The position numbers and the translations under genes are program-made. Positions 56,043 through 64,000 of a DNA stretch of 64,000 nucleotides are shown here, piece after piece. The notes under the pieces were generated by a model. That model was not told the origin of the DNA, did no database searches, and saw only the letters and a program-made list of their open reading frames with translations. Every line of letters begins with the position of its first letter. Positions within the stretch are counted from its first letter, which is position 1. The stretch is from Dehalococcoidia bacterium (lineage in GTDB: Bacteria; Chloroflexota; Dehalococcoidia; UBA2979): assembly GCA_965219085.1 (NCBI GenBank), contig OZ244720.1, forward strand, positions 736,001 to 800,000, given 5' to 3'.

Positions 56043-56889
56043 CGCCTGCTTCGTGCAGTTCCCGCATCCGGGCGACGAACGTGATGCTGCGTTGGGCAGG
56101 GTCTGGAGTCCGTACTCCATTGGCGAGCGCTGCATCGATCACGCACGGAATTTCATGCAGTTCCGTGGTAACTGGATCGCCGAGGGCGGCAGGGTCCACA
56201 GCGGCGAAATGTGGGCGTGGGGCGAGTGGGAAGCACAATCCGAACTGGTGCGGAGCCTGGACTCATCTGGCGGCCCGGGACTCCCTCACCATCTCTGGCG
56301 GCCGTACTACGTCATCCCGCAGGGCGGGTACGAACGCCTGCACAACACCGACCCGTTCATCTTCGGCGAGCGCTTTCTCTACTCGAACTGCAAGCAACCG
56401 TCGCGACCGGGCCTGCGGCGTCTTGGCGTCGGTTCCCTGATCGCGTTCGGCAGCAAGCGAGGCGACTGGGTACTCGACACTGTGCTCGTGGTAGCCGACT
56501 ACGTTGACTACACGGCGTCCGAGGCGTCTCTCGCGCTGGCGGACGAGGTCCCCGAGGCCTTCGTGGCCGTGACCGCCGGACCGCTTGCGGACAACGGCGA
56601 GGAGGCGACGCTCAGGCTGTACCGGGGCGCGACGCCGGATGATCCGGTGGACGGGATGTTCAGCTTCTTCCCGGCCATGCCTGCGGGCCTCGACAAGGGC
56701 TTCGAGCGGCCAGGCGTGGAACTCGACGCGCGGTACTTCACAAAGACGCTGCCGCAGAACTACAAGCGGTCGTGTGGCCTTCCGTCCGACGTACTGCGCG
56801 CACTCTGGGAGCAGCTCGCGGCACAGGTGCGCGAGGCAGGGCTCGTGCTCGGCACGTACGCGGAGGTCCCGGAGCAGCATCAGGGATAG
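56032..56889 (+). CDS. hypothetical protein, possibly Nmad2-like nucleotide-modification-associated domain
   Basis: 11-nt overlap with the upstream gene; NTDPFIFG..YSNCKQ..LGVGSLIAFGS. Confidence 0.5.
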   Translation: MSDSACFVQFPHPGDERDAALGRVWSPYSIGERCIDHARNFMQFRGNWIAEGGRVHSGEMWAWGEWEAQSELVRSLDSSGGPGLPHHLWRPYYVIPQGGYERLHNTDPFIFGERFLYSNCKQPSRPGLRRLGVGSLIAFGSKRGDWVLDTVLVVADYVDYTASEASLALADEVPEAFVAVTAGPLADNGEEATLRLYRGATPDDPVDGMFSFFPAMPAGLDKGFERPGVELDARYFTKTLPQNYKRSCGLPSDVLRALWEQLAAQVREAGLVLGTYAEVPEQHQG

Positions 56890-56972
56890 GCCCTCGAGTC
56901 GAGCCGTCACGACCACAGACCGGGAATCGACGCCCCGGAGCGAGACGATCAGTACGGGAGGCCGACGATCCG

Positions 56973-57653
56973 ATGACACAGGACCGCGAACGACTTGTAC
57001 GGAACTTCATCGACCTTGGACGCGAGATCCTGCGCTGGGATCGGCGCGCGGCGTATGGCCCGGACTGGTCCCGTGTCGCGCCTGCCCCACCCGCCATCGG
57101 TCTGGCTTCGCCCGGCTTCCTCGGCGAGGACTACCGCGGAGTCGTCGTCCTTGGGCAGAACCCGGGGCACGGCGAGCACCGCGGCGGCCCGCACCGCAGG
57201 TGGGACCAGTTGCTGGCGGCCTGGCGCGACGAAGGAACACTCCGGGCCTACCGCGAGGCTTTCAAGTTCTACGTGCAGGACTTCCAGCACGTGACCACAT
57301 GGACGAGTTGGAGTGAGCCCCTCCTGCGGTCCGCCGGGCTCGCGCCGCGCGATGTCGCGTACCTCAATCTCGGCAAGAGCCCGCTCACGGGCAACCCCCC
57401 ACCGAGTCCGCGAGATCACATTTTCAAGGCGGACTGGTACTGGACCCACAAGCAGCTTGAGCTGCTCGACCCCGTGGTCGTCGTGGCCGGTGGCCTCGCG
57501 GTCGCTCGCCTCCTTGCGCACTTCTGGCCCGCCCCCCCGTTCGGCGTCATCCCCCAGAATCGGGCGCGGTCTCAGAGCAAGGCGACTCGCGAGGCTCAGG
57601 CGCGCAAGATCGGGAGAAAGATGAAGGAAGCGCAACGCAGAGCCAGACGTTAG
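56973..57653 (+). CDS. second UDG-superfamily-like protein
   Basis: PGFLGEDY..VVVLGQNPG..VAYLNLGKSP..QLELLDPVVVVAGG. Confidence 0.6.
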   Translation: MTQDRERLVRNFIDLGREILRWDRRAAYGPDWSRVAPAPPAIGLASPGFLGEDYRGVVVLGQNPGHGEHRGGPHRRWDQLLAAWRDEGTLRAYREAFKFYVQDFQHVTTWTSWSEPLLRSAGLAPRDVAYLNLGKSPLTGNPPPSPRDHIFKADWYWTHKQLELLDPVVVVAGGLAVARLLAHFWPAPPFGVIPQNRARSQSKATREAQARKIGRKMKEAQRRARR

Positions 57654-58313
57654 GCCGATCGCCACGGAGCAGTAGCTGCGCCGACATCCAGTTCGCTGCG
57701 CTGCTCGCCTCGGGCGACGAGGCAGGCGAAGGCTTCGGATTCCGCCCTCGCCTTGAGCCCGCTGTCACGGCGCTGTGCGGGCTCCCCCGCGTCGTTCACC
57801 CGGCGTTCCCGCGTGTCTGACGGCCCCTTTTAGACTTCCCTCCGACGGAACTTCCTGTGTTTTGCGGTGGAATACGGCCTTCCCTTGAATTTGCCGCCCG
57901 GCGCGTCCTGTAGGGGCCTTTCCCCTTGACCTGCCTGCGTTTTCGGGGACTTCCCTCTCTCGGAACTCACGTCTTTTCCCTGTACACGCCCATGACACCC
58001 GTCGGGCCAGCCCGAAGCCGGGTCCGACGCTATTGCCACGCGTGCCCTCCCCTACAGGGCATTCCGCCGCGAGGCCCACCACCGCACACTCGATCGCCGT
58101 CACCAGCACCGCCAGGAGGAGGTGATGGGCACTGCGACGGCGAGCGATGACCGTGGCCGGCATGGGCGAAGCGCGACCCTGAACCCGAGGTCGCGCTTCG
58201 CTGACGCCCGCGGGCCGACGACTTCATCGATGTAGTCCTCCGCGGGGGATTACGGCCGGAGCGGCGGTCCATCACGCTCTTGCCTGTGGAACGGGCGCAC
58301 GAGGTCGGACGAG

Positions 58314-58508
58314 ATGAAAGCGGCGAAGCGGCGCGAGCGCACGAGGCGCGGCCACACGGGTGGCCCGGAGCCGCGCGTGGTCGCCATCGAGTTCCGGCCC
58401 GCACCCGACGCCGAGGCTCGCCTGCGCCGCATCGCCGCGATCCTGCTCGAACACGCGACCCGGGCAGCCTCGCAGGCAGGCGACGGGGAGCGCCCGGAGG
58501 TCCGGTAG
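58314..58508 (+). CDS. small basic hypothetical protein
   Basis: GAGG RBS; PAPDAEARLRRIAAILLEHA. Confidence 0.45.
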   Translation: MKAAKRRERTRRGHTGGPEPRVVAIEFRPAPDAEARLRRIAAILLEHATRAASQAGDGERPEVR

Positions 58509-59349
58509 GGAAAGGTCGCATCGCCCCGCGAGCGGGTCGAGAGCGCCGAGCGTGCGCGCACGGGCAGGGGCCGACGGGCTCGAGCTTCGCCACGCGGCTG
58601 GCCACCAACTCGGCCGCGCCCTCGGCGATCCAGGGCGGGTGGAACGCCCAGCAGGCGTGCGCCAGTTCGTGGGCGATCAGGTAGCGGTCCTCCTCGTCGT
58701 CACGGCAGTAGTCGTCGCCATCGACTCCGGCCGCGACGGCCTCCGCCCGCCCGGCCCGTCCGGACGCCGCCTGGAGGGGGCGTCCTGAAGCCGCCTCGGC
58801 GCCCGCCGGGGGCGGCGGCGGCGGCGTTCAGCACCTGTTGACCAAGTGTATTTTTCCCATTGACCGACTCTTTGGCGTCCGGTTTCCTTCCCAGCGAACC
58901 AGCGGCCCCAGCGCGATGCAAGAGCGTGCCTCGGACCGCTTGTGGGGGACGAGTTCGGATGGCGCCAAACAGCTTCACGGACGCAGCACCACTGGCGGCT
59001 GCACAGGCTGCGGGCGTATTGGCACAGACACACAACCCCCCGAGACATAAGGAAGACCACGGAGAAGCAGCCGGAGGAAGTCGCCCGACACCTCCCGAGC
59101 ACTTCGGCGTTCGCCGAAGCGATGGAGCCATTGCCGAACGCGCGCCCCGCGTGTGGCGCCGGGCCCCGTGAAGCGGGACCCACAGAGACACTACGAGCAC
59201 TGGTACCGTTCCGGTGACTGCAGGTGTGTCAACGCCTCTGGGTGTAGCTCCCCGGCCCGACGTACCCCATCGCCCGCTGCTGCGCCATCACGCGTCCCGG
59301 GCAAGCTCTCCCCCTTCGCCCTCCCTGCCGGAGTGCTCGAACGTTGACC

Positions 59350-59652
59350 ATGGCAAGGGTCACGAGGTTGTGGGTGACGACTGGCGTCCTGCTGCTGGCG
59401 AGCGCGCTCATCGTCGTTGGCGAACGCGCGTCCGCCCAGGCGCCCGACACGACCCCTCCACGCCTGGTAAGCGTTCAGACCAACACTGCCGGCACGCACA
59501 TCATCCTCACCTTCTCGGAGGACATCGCCGCCAGTCCACTGGTCTACCTGGCAAGTGATTTATTCAACTCCACGCCGTCCGACTTTCTGCGGGCGATCAT
59601 GAACGTGACGATCGGTGGGCAACGAGACCTCTTGACGGCATGTCGATGTTGA
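59350..59652 (+). pseudogene. truncated N-terminus of a secreted Ig-like protein
   Basis: signal peptide then DTTPPRLVSV..IILTFSEDI; breaks at the next gene. Confidence 0.5.
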
Positions 59653-62600
59653 AGCGATCCTGGGGCCGCGGCGCGCGCCGCCCGAGGCGATCGGGCGCCT
59701 TGCTGTCCGCCCTGCTCGCCGCGTTGGCGGCGGCGGTCGCGCTGACCCTGTTGTGCTTTCCGGCGCAGGCGCACGATGGCCACGATGGCGGGGCGCCGGC
59801 CAAGCCGACCGGCCTGGACGCCGAGGTCTCGCACGACGCCGTGAGGCTGACTTGGAACGACCCCCAGGACGAGAGCATCAGCGGCTACGTGATCCTGCGG
59901 CGCGACAAGGCCATCCACGCGGAAGGCAGCTTCGCGACCGTCAATCCGGACACGGGCTCGCAGGCGACGAGCTACACCGACCATGCGGTCGAGCCCGAGA
60001 AGCAATACGTGTATCGGATCCGGGCCATCAGCGAGCACGGGCTCGGCCGGCATTCGGGCGAGGTCGCCGTCGAGATGTCGGCCGCGAAGGGGGTCGACGC
60101 ACGGGCCGCCGCGCCCGAAATCACGAGCACCGCACCCTACACGGTCGCGGAGGGCTCGACGGCGGTCGCCACCCTTAGCGCGACCGACGCGGACACCGAT
60201 CCCAACGACCTCACCTGGTCGAAGACGGGCGGCGCCGATCAGGCCGTGTTCACGCTGAGCTCGGGCGGTGTCCTCGCCTTCGCCTCGGCCAAGGACTACG
60301 AAACCCCGGACGACGCCGACAGCGACGGGTCGTACGAGGTCAGCGTGCAGGTCAGCGACGGCACGAATAGCGACACGGCGGACCTGGTCGTCACGCTGCA
60401 GAACGTGATCGAGCTGGAGACGACGATCAGCGGACCGACGACGGTGTCGTTCGCCGAGAACGACGCGACCCGCGTGGCCAGCTTCAGCGCCTCTTCCGAC
60501 GATGACCGTGACGGGTTGCAATGGACCATCAGCGGCGCCGACGCGCAGCACTTCACGATCGACACTCCGCCGGGCGCGCTACGCTTCCACATCGATCCCG
60601 TCTCGCCCAACATCTTTGCCAAGCTGCCGGACTTCGAGGATCCGGACGACAGCGACGCGGACAACAGCTACTCGATCTCGCTGCAGGCCAGCGCCGGCTC
60701 AGCGGCCACTTCATCTCTCGCGCTGACCGTTTACGGTGGGGGATGTGGACGAGGCGGGGGCGATCTCGCTCTCCACGGCGCGGCCCAGGATGGGCTCGGC
60801 GCTGACTGCGACGCTCACGGACCCGGACGACGTCAGCGCCGGTACGGTCACCTGGCAATGGGCACGCTCGTCGGGGCCGAACGCCTGGACGGTTATCAGC
60901 GGCGCGACCTCGGACAGCTACGAGCCGGTCGCCGCGGACACGAACGCGTTCCTGCGCGTAACGGCGACGTACAACGACGAGCACGATTCCGGCCACAAGA
61001 TTGAGCAATCGACCGCCAACGTGGTCACGGGACCGCTGCTGAACTCGCTTCGGGTCAGCACCGGCAACGCAACATCGGATGCGACGCACGCGTTGACGCC
61101 GGGGTTCGCTGCTCAGACGCTGCACTACGCCGTCGGCTGCAATGACAACGACACGATGGGGGTGACCCTGAGCGCGCCCGCGAGCGCGCGCGTGGCTGTC
61201 GACGGGATGCTGGTCGCGAGCAACGGCGCCGCGGTCGATGTTGCAGTGACCAAGACGAGCGATGTGAGGATCAGCGTCACCGACGCCGAGGGCGCCGACA
61301 GCGTCTACTGGGTCCACTGCCTTGAAGACGTGTTCTACCAGTTCGAGACCGTCCGGCGTCCCGGCGTCGAGGGCGTATTCGACGGCCTGCTCATGCTGCT
61401 CCACGGTGGCTATCTCGTGATGCTGGACAACGACGGCGTGCCCAGACACCGGCGGAGACACAGCGATGCGGTGTCGCGTGCGTGGTTCTTCCGAGTCGAT
61501 CCGGGTGGGCTCTATCGGTACGCATTCCCCATGAGAACGCTGAGCGGAATGAGGCACGTCGTCCTGGATCAACACCTGCAAACGATCGACGAGCGGGTCG
61601 GCACGGCGCTGCCGCTGAGCAACACCGACCACCACGCCTTCGCGATCCTGCCCAACGGCGACTATCTGCTGATCGCCTACGAGGGACCCGTGAGCCGAGA
61701 CCTCAGCCATTTGACATTCACGGACCAGGACGGTGGCGCCTACGGCACGATGGAGGAACTGACCGATTCGGCGGTTCAGATCACCAGCTCGGCCGGCGAG
61801 GCGCTGTTCACCTGGAACTCCTGGGGGCAGATGCCGCTCGAAGATTGCGTCCAGCATCGCTTCGCGCGAACCCAACCTATCCCCGGATATGCGCATCTCA
61901 ATTCAATCCAGAAGGTTGGCAACTTCGTCGTCGGATCGTTCCGGGGGTGCTCTAGGGTGCTCGCCATTGACGCCAGCAGCGGAGCCGTGGCGTGGCGAGT
62001 GGGGCGCACCAACCTGAGCGACGATCAGTGGGCGGCCCGAAACATCGGCCCGGCGCCGATCCTGCCGGTCAACGATCCCGAGGGCGAGTTCTGCGGTCAG
62101 CACTCCGCGACGATTCTGCCGAACGGCCATCTGCTGCTCTACGACAACGGCACGGCGTGCCTGATCGATCCCTGGACACGCCAGTCGGTCCGGACGGACG
62201 GGGTGTACAGCCGCGCGCTGGAGTATGCGCTGGATCACGTCGCCGGCGAGGCGGTCTTCGTCCGCGATCACTCTCTGCATGGCGATCGCGAAGCGTTCGG
62301 CTATTCCAGCGGGCAGGTCGTGCTGATGGAGCATGGAGACTGGCTCGTCAGTTGGGGCCGAAATCTGCGCGGCCAGCCGGCCCCGGAAGAGGCGGTCACG
62401 CAGGTCGATCCGGCCACGGGCCGGGAGAAGTTCGCGATCCGTTTTACGGCGGCCAATCCGGAGGCGCGGCCCAACCTGATCGCCAGCCCAGTCCCGGCGG
62501 ATGCGCTGGCGCCACGGGCCGGTTCCCTGAAAGTCAGCCTCCCGGCCAGCGAGCACACCTCGGTCTTCCACAGCGGCGCCGGCGACTCGCCGCAGGTGGT

Positions 62601-64000
62601 GGTCGCCTTCAGCCGCCCGGTCGTTGACTTCGACACGACCTCGCGGTCGCTGCTGGTGTCGGGCGCGACCGTCGCGAGCGTCAGCCCCCACGCCGTCGCC
62701 GGTGAGCCGGCCAACTCGTACCTGGTTACGCTCACGCCCGCCGGGGATGGCGCCATCACCTTCCGGCTCCTGATCGGATGGACCTGCGCAGAGGGCGGCA
62801 TCTGCACGGCCGACGGCACGGCCCTGACGGGGACGTCCGCGGTGCTGGTGATCGGGCCACCCGTCTCGGTCACGTTCGATCAGGCGACGTACAGCGTTGC
62901 TGAAGGGCGCACGCTGGCCGTGGGCGTGCGGCTCAGCGCGGCCCACCACGGCGTCCGCGGCGTGAGCGTCCCTGTGGTACTGACCACGGGCGTCAGCGCC
63001 TCGGCCGGCGATGTCACGGCGGGGGACAGTGTGACCTTTGCTGCGGGCGAGATGCAGAAGACGCTCGCCTTCGAGGCTGCGGATGACGATCTCGTCGAAG
63101 GTCCCGAGACCGCCGTGCTTGAGTTCGGTGCGCTGCCGCACGGCGTGACCGCGGGCGCCGCCGCCGCCAGCTCGACGGTGACGGTCACCGATGCCGACCA
63201 GGCGGAGATCAGCTTCACGCTGGACCCTGAGCAGGTCGAGGAAGGCAGCGAGGCGAGGCTCGCCTTCGCGATCACCAACGGCGTCACCTTCGAGCGGGAC
63301 CAGACCATCGACCTGACTTTCGGCGGTGCGGCCACGCCGGGGGACGACTTCACGATCCTGGACGGGGGCGGCAACACGCTGTCGGCCCCCTACGCGCTCG
63401 TCTTCCGGGCGGGGGCGGCCTCGGTCGACGCCACACTGTGGGCAGCTGACGACGCGGAGATCGAGCGCACCGACGAAACCGTGATCGTGAGCGCCAGGCT
63501 CGCCCTGACCGACGCCTTGCTCGGCACGCGCACAGTCACGATCCCGCCGAGCGACGTCCCCGAAACGCCCGTGGTGACGATCACGCCGGAGAGCGCGGTC
63601 AGCGAGCCTCAGGTGACCGAGGGTCAGGAGGCCACGTTCAGGCTGACGCGCAGCGGGCCGCTGACGGCGGAGCTGACGGTCGGCGTGAGCGTGGCAGAGA
63701 CCGGGGCGATGCTGCTGGGCGCGCCACCGGCGAGCGCGACCTTCGCGGCCGGCGCCAGCCAGACCACGCTGACCGTGGCGACCGACGACGACAACGAGGT
63801 TGAGGATCCGAGCATCGTCACGGTGACGATCACACCGGGTTCCGCCTACGAGACCGAAACGGGCGCGGCGTCCGCCGAAGTCGTCGTGGTCGACGACGTG
63901 GCGCGCCTGGCGCTGCGCGTTGGGCCGGCCGAGGTCACCGAAGGCGGAGGCGGAACGGTGGCGGTCGAGATCACCAACGGGGTCACCCTACCGGCCGCGC
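59640..64000 (+). CDS. giant surface protein (FN3, cadherin-like, arylsulfotransferase-like, Calx-beta); frameshift ~60731, 3'-partial
   Basis: signal peptide, DYETPDDAD; frame from 60733 reads open to the window end with DHH, HLNSI, QHSA, YDNG, SRALEY and DDDLVEGPET. Confidence 0.8.

Noticed and set aside
59160-59260. Riboswitch (GGGACCCA motif) upstream of the giant adhesin
   Set aside because: The other conserved elements of the c-di-AMP aptamer were not found; an Rfam scan would be needed.

Overview
High-GC bacterial window; gene content suggests a Chloroflexota/Dehalococcoidia-like, possibly host-associated organism (inference only). It has three zones. (1) 1-10.4 kb: right arm of an integrative element at tRNA-Gln(CTG), with a VirB4-like ATPase, a VirD4-like coupling protein, a replication-relaxation protein, an HTH operon and a large serine recombinase whose C-terminus is read from the antisense of the tRNA. 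(2) 10.4-19 kb: core genes (gltX, RluA-family synthase, lspA, Mo-cofactor oxidoreductase, malic enzyme, tRNA-Glu) with one IS scar. (3) 19-64 kb: a decaying island starting at tRNA-Glu, full of IS481/IS110/IS5/IS1380/IS21 elements, NarL-type two-component pairs, giant repeat surface proteins (FN3, LRR, RCC1, cadherin, Calx-beta, arylsulfotransferase) and candidate defence genes. Main finding: the non-coding end of an IS110/IS1111-type element holds a readable two-loop bridge/seekRNA. One loop matches the element's own circle junction; the other matches the CTAG-G-TGTA junction at IS481 termini, and both IS110 copies in the window sit next to IS481 sequence. Second finding: a UDG-fold/Nmad2-like/UDG-fold operon that may act against modified-base phage DNA.
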